A stretch of 64,000 nt of DNA from Lama guanicoe (Eukaryota), in the NCBI GenBank assembly GCA_013239625.1, contig MU056050.1, positions 7,358,773 through 7,422,772 on the forward strand. The letters are read 5' to 3'. Positions 51,660 through 63,584 of this stretch are shown piece after piece. The notes below the pieces were generated by a model that did no database searches, was not told the DNA's origin, and was given only the letters and a program-made list of their open reading frames with translations. Numbering within the stretch: position 1 is the first letter of the stretch; each line of letters opens with the position of its first letter. A program made the translations under genes and the position numbers.

Positions 51660-54600
51660 CTGAGTTTCTGGTTCCAGGACAAGATAAAGAGATGCACTTC
51701 TCCCTGTTTTTCCCAATAAGTACAGCTAAAAACCTGGGCATTACATATAAAACAAACATAAGAAGACTCTGAAAGGTAGACGGAAAAAAGGCAGACTGCT
51801 TAGGAACTTTGGGATCCAAGGAATAACAAAGTGGTTAGTTCCCTGGGTGTTCTTTTATGTTATAGATCCCAGACTAGGTATTTAAGAAGCCAGAAACCCA
51901 GAGACACCAATGGGCACAGACAAAAATAGTTTCAAGAAAGCCTGTTCTCTCTAGCTTAAAGACCAAGAAAGGGGCAAAGAGCAATACAGAAAACTTTTAG
52001 ATAATAACCACCTTACTCAAGCCAAACAATGTAAGAAAAACTTGGGCCTTACCCTACCCCACCATGAGCAAAGGCTAAGTGGAGAACCTAGACTTCCGCC
52101 CTCTCAAGGCTCTAATGAGGTGACCCTATCTGCCTACTGGGGTAGTGTATAAGGGAAGGCCAGACGGATCTTTCATACCCAACCAAGGTCAGTGGAGGCC
52201 ACGTGGTGAGCAGAAATCAGGTGTCCCTATCTCTATCAGTCAGGGTGGTGTCAGCAAAGGCCTAGAAGGGAGTTTCAACTTCTAAGCCAACAAGCAGTAA
52301 TGGGGTACCCCTCTACTTCTCCCGAGTGTCAATGGAGGCTGAGAAGAGAACCTGGACTTCTATTTCCACATTATAGTAATGAAGTGGTGGCCACATCTCC
52401 TGCCAGCATAATGTCAGAATAGACCTACTAAAAGAGAAGATTTAAACAAGATCCAGAATCTCAAACATAATACCCACAATATCAAGAATTCAACAACAAC
52501 AAAAAATCACTTGACTTATGAAGAACGCAGAAAATCTCAAATTAAAGAACAGACACCAACAGCAAGATGACACAAATGTTGGAATTATCTGACAAGCATG
52601 TTAAATAAAATAGCATAAAACTGCTTGAAAAAGCGATTACAAACATGATTAAAACAAATGAAAACCTTGCTGAAAGTTTCAGCAAAGAAACAGAGGATGT
52701 AAAGAAGAACCAAATGGAAATTTCAGAACTGAAAAATACAATAATGAAAATATAAAACTCACCAGATATGCTCAAGAGTAGAATGGAGATGACAGAGGAA
52801 AAATATCAGTGGACTTGGGATAGAATTACAGAAATTGCCTAATATGAGCAATAAAGAGAAAATAGACTGAAAAAAGATGAACAGCTCTGCAGGGGTCTGT
52901 GGGACAATAACAAAACTTCTAACGTTTGTATGATTGAATCTGCAGAAGAGGATAGTAGGTATTCATACAAAAATGGGTGAAATTTTCAGAAATTTGGTCA
53001 AAGACATAAACCTACAGAATCAAAAAGGTGAGCTAACCCCAAATAGGACAAACAATAAACCCACACCAACACATATCATAATCAAACTACTGAAAACTAA
53101 TGACAAAGAAAAAATATTGAAAGTGGCAGGAGAAAAACAATACCTTTACCTATAAGAGAAAAAACAATTAAAATGAAAGCAGATATATAAACAAAATTAT
53201 ATATCATGTCCAAGAGGGGTTTATTCTAGGAATGCAAGCCTGGTTCAGTATTTTAAAATCAATGAATGGAATCTACCATATAAATAGGCTAAAGAAGAAA
53301 AACCACATAATCATATCTATTGATGGAGACAAAGCATTTGAAAAATTCAACAGCAATTCATGACAAAAAGTCTTAGAAAACAGGAGTAGAGGGGAACTTC
53401 CTTAACTTAGTAAAGAGTATTTCCAAAAAACCTACATCTAACATCTTAAAGGTGAAGGGCTTAATATTTTCCTCCTATTATTAGGAACAAGGCAAAGATA
53501 TTTTCTGTCACCACTCTTATTAGATATAGTTACTGGAAGTTCTAGACAGTGCAATAGGCCAGAAAAGGAAATAAAAGACATACAAATTAGAAAGGAAGAA
53601 ATAAATCTATCCCTATTTGCAGATGACATGATGGTCTATGTAGAAAATCTCCTAGAACTAATTTGGAATTCAGCAAGGTCAGGTGATACAATACTATCAC
53701 ACAAAAATCAATTGTCTTTCTATATACTAGCATTGCACATAAGTATCGAAATTAAAAATACAATACTATTTACAACTGTTCAAAAAAAGAGAAATACTTA
53801 GGGATAAATCTACCAAAACATGTGCATGATTTATATGCTGAAAACTATAAAAATGATGAAAGAAATTAAAGAAGATATCAATAAATGGAGACATTTACTG
53901 TATTTGTGGATTGGAAAACTCAACATAATAAAGATGTTAATTCTCCCTTAAAATGACATAGGTTGGATGCTATATCTGTCAAAATCTCAGCTTTTTCCTA
54001 GATATAGACAAACATCATAAAATTTATGTGGATAGACGAAGAAACTAGAATAGCAAGAACAATTTTGAAAAATAAGAATAGCAGGAGAGGAATCAACCTA
54101 TCCAATTTCAAGATTTATTTAGCTATAGTAATCAAAAAATGGTGCTAGAGCAATTAGATATGCATAGGCAAAAATGAACTTTGGTATATAGCTTACACAT
54201 TAAGCAAAAATTAATTCAATTTGGATCATGGACTTTAAATGTAAAGTATAAAACTGTAAAACTTTTAGGAGAAAACATGGGAAAATCTTGGAGATATAGG
54301 GCTTAGTGAAGATTTTAGACATAACAATAAAAGTACAATCCATGAAAGAAAAAAATGAATAACTTATACCTCATCAAAAGCTTAAACTTTTGGTGGGGAG
54401 GGTATAGCTCAAGTGGTAGAGTGCATGCTTAGCATGCATGAGGTCCTGGATTCAATTCCCAGTACCTCCTCCATAAAGAAATAAAAACCTAGTTAACAAA
54501 CCCCCCCCCAAAAAAAACTCTTAAAAAAAAGAAAGAAAAAAGTTTAAACTTTTGCTCTGTGGAAGACTTTTAAGTAGATGACAAGCTACAGATGGTAAAA

Positions 54601-54960
54601 CCCAAATATTTGCAAAGTCATATCTGACAAAGTATTCATGTACATAAAATATATAAAGAGCTTTGAAAGCTCAATAGTAAAAATACAAACAATCCAATTA
54701 GAAAATGGTCAAAGAACATGAAGAGACATTTCACCAAAGAAGATATTCAGATAGCAAATAAGAAGATAAAAAGACACCACTAGCCTTTAGGGAAATGCAA
54801 ATTAAGATCACAACGAGTGATCACTCACACCTATCAAAATAACTAAAGCTAAAACACAGTGACACCACCAAATGCTGCCAAGAATGCAGACAATGTAAAA
54901 TGGTAGACACTTTCAAAAGTAGTTTGTCAGTTTCATAAAAACTTGTGAAACACAAGTATC
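51660..54960 (+). mobile_element. Old, internally deleted LINE-1 (L1MC/L1MD-type): 5' UTR, ORF1 remnant (about 52550-53185), RT to C-terminus
   Basis: ORF1-like PTPTHIIIKLLKTNDKEKILKVAGEK; RT-like 'ctatttgcagatgacatg' (LFADDM) at about 53612; many stops. Confidence 0.85.
54393..54537 (+). mobile_element. tRNA-Ala(AGC)-derived SINE, camelid Vic-1 type
   Basis: A box tagctcaagtgg at 54405-54416; anticodon arm catgc-ttAGCat-gcatg; B box ggattcaattcc at 54448-54459; A/C-rich tail; 17-bp TSD aaaag[c/t]ttaaacttttg at 54376-54392 and 54538-54554. Confidence 0.92.
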
Positions 54961-55372
54961 TACCATCATGGTACTGCACACAGAATCCATTTTGATCAAG
55001 GAACTCATTCACAGCAGATGAAGAGTGGTAATGAGCTACTGCTCATGGGATTCACTAGTTTTACCATGTTCCCCATCATCCTGAAGCAGCAGGCTTACTA
55101 CAATGGTGGAATGACCTTTTGAAGACTGAGCTACATAGTACTAGCTAGGTGGCAATGCACTTCAGGATGTAGTGTATGCTCTAAATCAGTGTCTAATATA
55201 TGGTGTTATTTCTCCAATACTCAGTATTTATGGATCCAGGAATAATTATTAGAGGTAAAAATGGGAGTAGTTTGTCTCACTACTATCCCTGGTAATCCAC
55301 TACCAAATTTTTTGCTTTCTGCTCCCATGACCTAGGCTCTGCTAGTCTATAGGTCTTAGTTCCAAAGGGAAC
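54957..55372 (+). mobile_element. ERVL-class endogenous retrovirus internal fragment (integrase core, degenerate)
   Basis: Translates in pieces to YHHGTAHRIHFDQGTH..AHGIH*FYHVPHHPEAAGLLQWWNDLLKTEL, resembling ERV-L integrase SDQGTHF..YHVPHHPEAAGLIE; no adjacent LTR. Confidence 0.85.
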
Positions 55373-55389
55373 TAAGGTTACAGCTCCTG

Positions 55390-56125
55390 GAACATCCTCC
55401 AAGATAGGCTATACTCAAATCTATGATACAAGTCTCAATAAACCTGAAACTATTTCAACCATATAGAGAATGGAATTAAATTAGAAATCAATATCACAAA
55501 GATATCTAGAAATATAAATAGTCCATGTGTCAAAGAAGAAAGCACAGAGGATATTAAAAATTATTTGAATAGAATGAACATGAAAATAGATCATATCAAA
55601 ATTTGTGGGATAAGCTAAAGTAGTGCTTAGTGTTGAATATATAGCATTAAGTGCTTATATGTTCATAGAAGACTTATTCATAATAGACAAAAATTGGAAA
55701 CAACCCAAATGTGCATCAGCTGGTGAACGGATAAATCAATTATAGTTAATTCATACAATAGAGTATTACTCAACAATAAAAAGGAACCTACTACTGATAA
55801 CACCCAACAATATGGATTAATCTAAAACAAAAATGTTGAGGAAAAGAAGCCAAACACAAAAAAGGACACAGTGTATGATCTCATTTGTATAAAATTTAGT
55901 AACAGACAATAAACTTATGGTGATAAGAGTCAGAATAGTGGATGCCTGCGTAGGTTGGAGATTGACTGAAAGGGATCATTGGGAAACTTTCTGGTGTGAT
56001 GAAAATGTCTAATGTCTTCACTGTGGTGTTGATTACAAGGGTATATGCATTTGTTAAAAGTCATCCAATTGTACACTTAAGATCTGTGAATATCACTATG
56101 TAAATTTTATCTCACTATTTTAAAA
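55390..56125 (+). mobile_element. Old L1 pieces: endonuclease-end region (55390-55660) joined to an L1MD/ME-like 3' end (55660-56125)
   Basis: 'atggaattaaattagaaatcaat..aaaatttgtgggat..gctaaagtagtgcttag' then 'aattggaaacaacccaaatgt..aaactttctggtgtgatgaaaatg..gtacacttaagat'. Confidence 0.8.
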
Positions 56126-56886
56126 GTATTTCTTAAAATAGCAATATGTAACTAGAGAACTCTTGTCTCAAATATAGTTGAAAGTTCTAAAAACATTACA
56201 AGTGAATAAATTCAAATAATTTTAGATAAAATAACACAATAGATTCATAATGGACTATTGAAAGAAATTAGAATTTTTTCTCCCAGGAACATTTCTAACT
56301 ATTTTGAGACTGGTATTAGGGAAACATATGATGATTTCCTAATAAAGCCCTCTCAGAAACAGAATACTGGATGACAGGTATGCCTCATTATAGTCATTTT
56401 TACATTTCTAACTATGAAATTAAGGCCAACAGTGAAAAAAAAATCTAGCTCTATCCTTTTAGCTTAGGATAAATGTGTTAAATACCCTTTAAAAAATCTA
56501 GGATGGCAATATCTTCTTTATCCTCAGAGGTACAAACAAGTTTGAGTCTTCCCACAAGAACTTATTTTACATGGTAAAGGTATCCCAGAGAGGTAAATGC
56601 AGTAACCTAACAAATCCAACTTGTGAAGATGGGATGTATTACAGTAATTCAGATGTCTATTGATTACACCGGGGAAGATGATATCCCAGTGCTATCAAAT
56701 GCATACCATATTGTTATTCGGCATGCTGCTTCTGCATCTGAGATGCAAATCAGTTATTCTGTCCCACAATTAGTTATATTACAATTTTAAATTGAAGAAT
56801 TGGAAACAACTCAAAATTGTAGAGAAAAATTTATAACCCTCTAAAATGAAACTGACATATCCAGAGCAGGAAGAAAAAGTGACCAC

Positions 56887-57490
56887 TCATTTATTCATTC
56901 ATTCATCAAACATTTATTAAATGCCTACTGTGTGTCAGACCCTGTGCTAGGTGCCAGACATTTAAAGATGGGTAAAATATCATCACTGCCCTTTAAGAAA
57001 TAACAGCCTAAATGGGAGAAACAGATATGTAAACAGATAATTATAAAATAGTATGAACAGGGCAATGATAAAAAATATGCACAAGGCACAACTAAACTAC
57101 AGAGGAAAGACCAGGGAAGACTTTCTGAATGAGATAGTTCCTGACTGAGTCTTGAAGGGTGAGTAGGAGTTAGCTAGGTGATGAAAAATGTAGAGGGCAT
57201 TTCAGGCACAATGGACTACACAAGCAAAGGCAGAGGCATGGAGGAAAGAAACAGCAGAGTGTGCATAAACTACAAATAGATTAAGCATTTTAAGTAAGGG
57301 AGTGACAGGATCCAATTTGTGTTTTAAATAGAAAAGTCTGGCAGTGTGGGGGGTGCAGCAGAGGGGATAAGAAGGCAAGCAAGAAGACCAATTAAAAGAC
57401 TCTTGTGGTTTAAACAAGTAATGATGTGGTGCTGAACTAGGGAGGGCAACAGCAATAGGGAAGACAGAAGAGATTATGGTCAATGATCAG
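56887..57490 (-). mobile_element. L2 3' portion
   Basis: 'attcattcattcatcaaacatttattaaatgcctactgtgtgtcagaccctgtgctaggtg' followed by antisense L2 body. Confidence 0.8.
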
Positions 57491-57499
57491 TTTACTTAA

Positions 57500-59210
57500 T
57501 TTGGCTTTCAAGATGCCATGCTCCCTCTTTTTTTCTTTTAAGTAAGCCAAAAAGAGAAAGAAAAATACCATATGAGATCGCTCATATGTGGAATCTAAAA
57601 AAACAACCCCCCCAAAAAAAACCCATAAATACAAAACAGAAACAGACTCACAGACATAGAATACAAACTTGCGGTTGCCAAGGGGGAGAGGGGTGGGAAG
57701 GGACAGACTGGGAGTTCAAAATTTGTAGATGCTGACAGGCATATGTAGAATAGATAAACAAGATTATACTGTATAGCACAGGGAAATATATACAAGATCT
57801 TATGGTAGCTCACAGAGAAAAAAATGTGACAATGAATATATATATGTTCATGTATAACTGAAAAATTGTGCTCTACACTGGAATTTGACACAACATTGTA
57901 AAATGATTATAAATCAATAAAAAAGTAAAAAAAACACATGGTGGCATTTTGCACAAAGTAAAAGAACTCATATTTTTTTGCCCTATCATCTTGCAAGACT
58001 AAATATACGAATTTTAATAAAATGTGCTGGGGTTGCAAAAAAAAAAATACCATGCTCTCTTGATTTTCCTCCTACCTCTCACTGATCATTCCTTCTCAGT
58101 TTTCTTCACTGGTCTCTCCTCTTCCCTCCAACTTTTTAACATTGGGTTGACCCCAGGCTCAGATCTTGGATCTCTTCTCTGTCTCCACTCCCGTTGGCTT
58201 TAAATACTAAGTATGTGCTAAAGACCCCCAAATATATAGCTCTTGTCCAGACATTGCCACTGCACTGCAGATACCCACCTACCTGCTTGACATTTCCACT
58301 TAGATGTCTAATAAACATCTCAAACCAACATGTCCAACACTGAACTCCTTCATGTCATGCTTACTTTGCCTGTGTTCTTTCTCTTCTCAGTGAATATCAC
58401 CTCCTTCCTCAAGCAAAAAACTTTGAATTCATCCTTGACTTCTCCCTTGCACACTCCGTATCCAATCTATCAGCACATCCTGTTTGGTGTACCCTTATAA
58501 CATACCCAACATTTATCCATTCCTCACCATCTAACACTGCTTCAACCCAGATCCCGGCCACCATCGTCTTGTTTGGACTATTGCAGCAGCTTCCTATTAA
58601 GGAGGTCTAACTGCCTCCACCTTGCCCATAACCCTATAATCTAGTCTCAAGAATGAAGCCAGCATGATACTTTTAAAAGCATGATCACATCACTCTTGAG
58701 CTCAAAACCTGCCAAAGTTTTATTTTATTCAGAATAAAAGCCAAAGTCCTTATAATGGTCTCAAAGCCCTATAAGATCTACCCTCTTCCCCAATTATATC
58801 TTTCTGAATTCATCCCCTATCATTCCCCTTGCTCACTCTGCTCTGGCCACACTAGCTCCTTGAACACTAGTTTCCTGAACAATCCAGACACTCAGTTGAC
58901 TGAAGGCCTTTGTGCTGGTTGCTTCCTCTGCTTGAATGTCCTTCCCTTAGATAGCCACTCTCCTCCAAATAATTGTTTAAAGGTCCTTTGTCAATGACGT
59001 TACCCTAAACATCCTATTTTAAATTGCAAACTACATCTCACCAATGCTCTCAGTCCCCCTAACTCTGCTATATGTCTTTCATACCACTGACCATATGTAA
59101 ATAAGCAGAGACTTCTTTTTTTGGTACTCAGATGTTTTTCCAGCACCTAGAACTGTGCCTAGCACATAGTAGGCACTCAATAAATATTTGATGAATAAAT
59201 GAATGAGTAT
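57500..59210 (+). mobile_element. L2a, interrupted near its left end by a young L1
   Basis: 'ttggctttcaagatgccatgctc' | 'tcttgattttcctcctacctc..gacatttccacttagatgtctaata..gtgcctagcacatagtaggcactcaataaatatttgatgaat'. Confidence 0.85.
57527..58043 (+). mobile_element. Young camelid-type L1 3' end (57540-57934) carrying a 3' transduction (57935-58036)
   Basis: L1 3' UTR and A-tail, unique segment with AATAAA, second A-tail; TSD 57510-57526 and 58044-58060 (14/17 identical). Confidence 0.9.
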
Positions 59211-60591
59211 GAAACAGAACCTATGGGGGATGAGAAAAAAATATGGAGCAACCACCTTGGTTAAACCTGAGAAGAACAGGGGAATTTGAAAAGAAAAGCC
59301 CATTTGAAGAGAATTTCCAAGGGGCATAGGGAGGGCTAATCACAGCTTTCCTCTTATTCTAACAGATTCCTGAGCTACAGAGACTACAAAGGTGGTTTAT
59401 GTCTGTAAAGCAAATATCTACATTTCCCAGTAAGACACATAAAGACTGAGCATCCTATTGCAAGGTATGTAGCACTGCCCTACTCCTATAACCTCCAAGT
59501 CCAGGTGCCTTGAACACATGTGCGTGCACATGCACATACACACACAGACATTTGGTATTGACTCTAATAAATTAAGGCTACAATGAAGTTTAGGGATGAT
59601 CTACAGATTTTAATTATGCATATTCTCTCATTCTCCTTAACACAAATAACCAAGACATACCTCAAATGTATAATCTGAATGTGGAATCATAGAATGTTAA
59701 AGCTGGGAGGTGCCTTAGAAATCATCTAATCCAAACTGTTTCTCTTTCACTTATTATTCCTCTTTTTGAGAGCAAAGATGTCTGTCATTCCCTAAAAGAA
59801 ATAAATACCTCATTAATGTATCCCTTTTGAAATACACATACACAAATACACTTCTTTTAAATTATACATATTTTATCCTTCCTTAATTTCAAATAGGCAT
59901 CTGATTTTGTTATGATTAATAAAGCACTTTTCTCTTTTTATTCCTTTGTCTCTGTAGACAAGAATAGGGTTATATCTTTTACTTGAGGAGTAAATGGGAT
60001 ATGGTTTATGAGTCTAAATGAATAACTATAATGTCTGGATTTAGATAGAACAACTCAGACCTCATGAAATTAATTTAGTTAAAAAACTGAATTTAAAGAT
60101 CTGCTGCAAGACAATATTGTTCTACTTCCTGCTAAATTACCATTTTATCATCAAAAATGTATATTTTTATAATTTCAGTTATTAAACTAAAATGTAATAG
60201 AACTAAAGAAAAGGTAAGAGGAAGAGATAGATAGTTCTGACATATGAACTATGAGGGAAATAATAGTATCTGTTTTCAGAACTCAATTTCTCACTGGTTT
60301 AGTCTGCTTTTTCTATCTCTGCCTTCAAATATGCATTAAAACAATATATGGGGGCTACCTTTAACTGTGTTTGTATCATATTTCACATTAACTTATATTA
60401 ATTGAAAAATTGAAATTAAAATAGAGTTACTGTTAATGTCAGACATTTTCTGCTGTATTTCTGGGTAGTTCTCCAATTGAGGAAATCACTTGAAAATAAA
60501 TTTTACCTCTTCATGTTAACTTTTTTTCTCAATTGGCTTTTCAGTTTCTTCTCACTGTGCTTCAGTAAACACAATATGTCTTTAAAAATCT

Positions 60592-60620
60592 TTATATATG
60601 TGTGTGTGTGTGTGTGTGTA
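60592..60620. repeat. (TA)n(TG)n microsatellite
   Basis: Visible directly. Confidence 0.9.
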
Positions 60621-60830
60621 AAATTATATATAAGTTAATATACATGTATTTAAGCTTTAGACATTTTCCTAAAATTCTTTATCTTTTATAGAGAAAGATA
60701 AATTTTCATACTTCAAAATATTAGATGTGTTCCTAGTTTTGTCACTAAAAAGTTGACTTTAGCTCTGTATCTTCTCTCTTTCTACAACTTCAGTTGTGTG
60801 TTTTGAAGATAAAATATTTGTCAACAAATC

Positions 60831-61351
60831 TGTGGTAGGAAGCTCCTAAGATGGTACCCAGTGATTCCCGCCTGCTGGTAATCACAAGCCCTTGTGTAAT
60901 CTCCTCCCCTTGAATGTGGTCTGAATGTATCGGCATATTTTTAACAATTATAATATGGCTGAAGTGATTGGATGTCACATCTGAGATTATGCTATGAAAT
61001 GACTCTGGCTTCTGTCTTGGGCATTCTTCTCACTTTCTTGAATCGCTCTCTCTGGGATAGTCAGCTGCCATGTTATGGGGCAGCCCCGTGGAGAGGACTA
61101 CGTGGCAAGGGACTGAGGTTTGCCAACAACCAGTGAGCTTGAAAGTGGACCCCTGCCATCCATTCAAACCTTCGCATGAACCCACAGCCTCAGCCAACAG
61201 CTTGACTGCAGTCTCATGAGAAATCTTGAGCCAGAGACATCTAGCTAAACCTGTCTAGATTCCTGACCCACAGAAACTGTGAAATAATGTTTGCTGTGTA
61301 ACATGCCAAGTTTGGGGATAATTTGTTACCCAGAGGTTTATAACTGATACA
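60831..61351 (+). mobile_element. ERVL-MaLR solo LTR (MLT1F-like)
   Basis: TG...CA termini; 'ctaagatggtacccagtgattccc..cttgtgtaatctcctccccttgaatgtgg..ttcctgacccacagaaactgtga..taactgataca'; aaatc flanks both sides. Confidence 0.9.
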
Positions 61352-62038
61352 AAAATCCAAGTTCAAAACACAGTCATTGCTAAATAGTTTATGAAGAAAT
61401 TCATATGATTATCAAATAACTTGTTTCCTCCAGTAAAATCACCCATTCTCCTTCAGTATGTCCATTATAGTAACTTATGCCAAAACTGAAATAAACTACT
61501 TTAACCACCAAATTGGACAGTCTTTTCAACCCAACTAATGTACTGGTCTTCTGAAAGACTTGCAACTAAGATTTATGAACCAATACCAAAATAATTTTGA
61601 ACTAAAATCAAATTTCTTAATGTCTATGATTATCACTGTTTAAATTCCAAAGTGGTTATTCATTTTGATGCAGGATTATTGTACCAGACAACACTAGCAA
61701 AAGAATATATCCTATACAGATGAATACCATATGCTAAATAGGACTAGAAGGTAAGACTACCAACTGTTTTTTGGTCTGTAGAGTCATACAAATATATATC
61801 ATCTACCTCCTTCTGGCTGCATCACATGCAGGTCAGCAAGACTAAACTATTCACCTCCATTTTCACTGTACATTTCAACAACACTGTGCTAGTTCCCAAT
61901 AATAGTGCCTGATAAGGAAATAGAGAGAAATCAATCTATCTACAGAGGTTTGTATCTGAAGATGCTGCTCATTAATTATTTTCCTTCAATGTATTTATTT
62001 ATAAGGTTTGCAAAACTTTTAGCAGCAGTAGCCAAGTA

Positions 62039-62288
62039 CAGCTGGCCCTTGAACTAAATGGAGGCTAAGGGTGACGACTCTGTACAGTTGAAAATCTGTG
62101 TATAGCTTATAATTGATCTTCCATATATACACAGTTCTTCCATATCTGTGGTTCCTCTGTACCTGCAATTTCACATCTGTAGATTCAATCAACCGCAGGT
62201 TGTGTAGTATTTTAGTATTTACTATTGAAAAAATCTGCATAGAAGTGGACCCACACAGTTTAAACTCATGTTGTTTCAGGGTCAACTG
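62039..62288 (-). mobile_element. Tigger2-derived Tc1/mariner MITE
   Basis: TIRs cagctggcccttgaac and gtttcagggtcaactg, with TA target duplication on both sides (62037-38, 62289-90). Confidence 0.88.
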
Positions 62289-62289
62289 T

Positions 62290-62410
62290 ATATTCACTGA
62301 TATATTCATCACCTACTATGTGCCAAATACAATTCTAGGCATTTAGGAAACATCATTGAATAAAAAAAACAATACAAAGACCCCTGTTTTCACTGAACTT
62401 ACATTACATA
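62290..62410 (-). mobile_element. L2 3' end
   Basis: 'cacctactatgtgccaaatacaattctaggc..tgaacttacatt'. Confidence 0.7.
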
Positions 62411-62429
62411 TCAAATCTTCTATTCTTTG

Positions 62430-63570
62430 TGCAATCTGATATGGCTGAAATCTACCTTCTTGAAACTGTTCTCCCTTGGCTTCTGCACTCTGGTATTATT
62501 CTGTTCTGCTATTAGTCTTCAAGTGTTTTTTCCCGTCTTCTTCACTGGCTCCTCTTATCAAAACCTAATACCTTTAGATTATAAGTCATAGTTCCTGGGC
62601 TCTTGATTTATAAAATTTGTTCCTCAGAAAACTCATTCATTTCCTCAAACCCAATGATCATCTCTCTAAATGTAGCCTCTCAATCTTGTACTTTTCACCC
62701 AATTTCCTATCTAGTGACTCCCAATGCATACATATTTCTATTAGGATAATACCACACCTTCAACAAACAAGTAATAACTTAATCATCTTCAACTACTTAA
62801 AATGGGTCTCCCTGTGCTCTTTTATGTTCTATCAATAACAGCACTATTCTCTCATCCAGTCTCAAAATTAATACTCTCTTTCTAATCAGTCAAGTTCTGC
62901 TTATTTTGCCTTTACAATATCTCTTATATCCATTATTTACTTTCCATTTCCATGACTAGGTCCTCATCATTTCATGAATGGATGACTATAATATTGTTCT
63001 ACCTGATTTCTAGTCTTTCTATTCCAATCTCTCCTTTACACTACTTTTAGGTTAATTTTTATGAAATATCACTTTTATCATGTCATCATCCCAAATCACG
63101 AATCTTTAATAGCATCCTATTATCCATAAAATCTAAATTCCTCATCCCAACACTTAAAGCTCTCCATAATTTGACTGTAGCCTATTTACTCAGCTAATTT
63201 CTTGCTATTCACCAATGTAAACTATTTACTCCAGTCAGGATAGTCTCTGTAATGTTTCTAGAGCCTATTATGCTTATCTGGGTCTCTAGGACTTTGCTCA
63301 TGATAGTCATCAAACTTGGAAAGAGTCATCCCCACTCTTGCTCTACAAAATCTACCTATGCTCAAGTCTCTCTTTCCAACAAATCCCTCAGTACTTTAAT
63401 CTACACTCTTATTTTTGTTTAGTGCCTACTGTTTATGGCACTTGCTTTGTCACTTAGTCATATTTTTCCATACTACATTTTTTTTCATCGTCTCAGTTTC
63501 CCTTGTAGGAGTCTAGGCTACTTAACAGTAAGACAAGTGTCATCATTTGTTCCCTCTGCCACTTTTTGTC
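62430..63570 (+). mobile_element. Degenerate L2
   Basis: 'cttcttgaaactgttctcccttggcttctg..atcacttttatcatgtca..aaatctaaattcctca'. Confidence 0.7.
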
Positions 63571-63584
63571 AGTAGTCCAAAATA

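Noticed and set aside
54397..54473. tRNA-Ala(AGC) gene
   Set aside because: It has a TSD, an A-rich tail, no T-run terminator and a T-arm mismatch, and it sits inside an L1, so it is a SINE copy.
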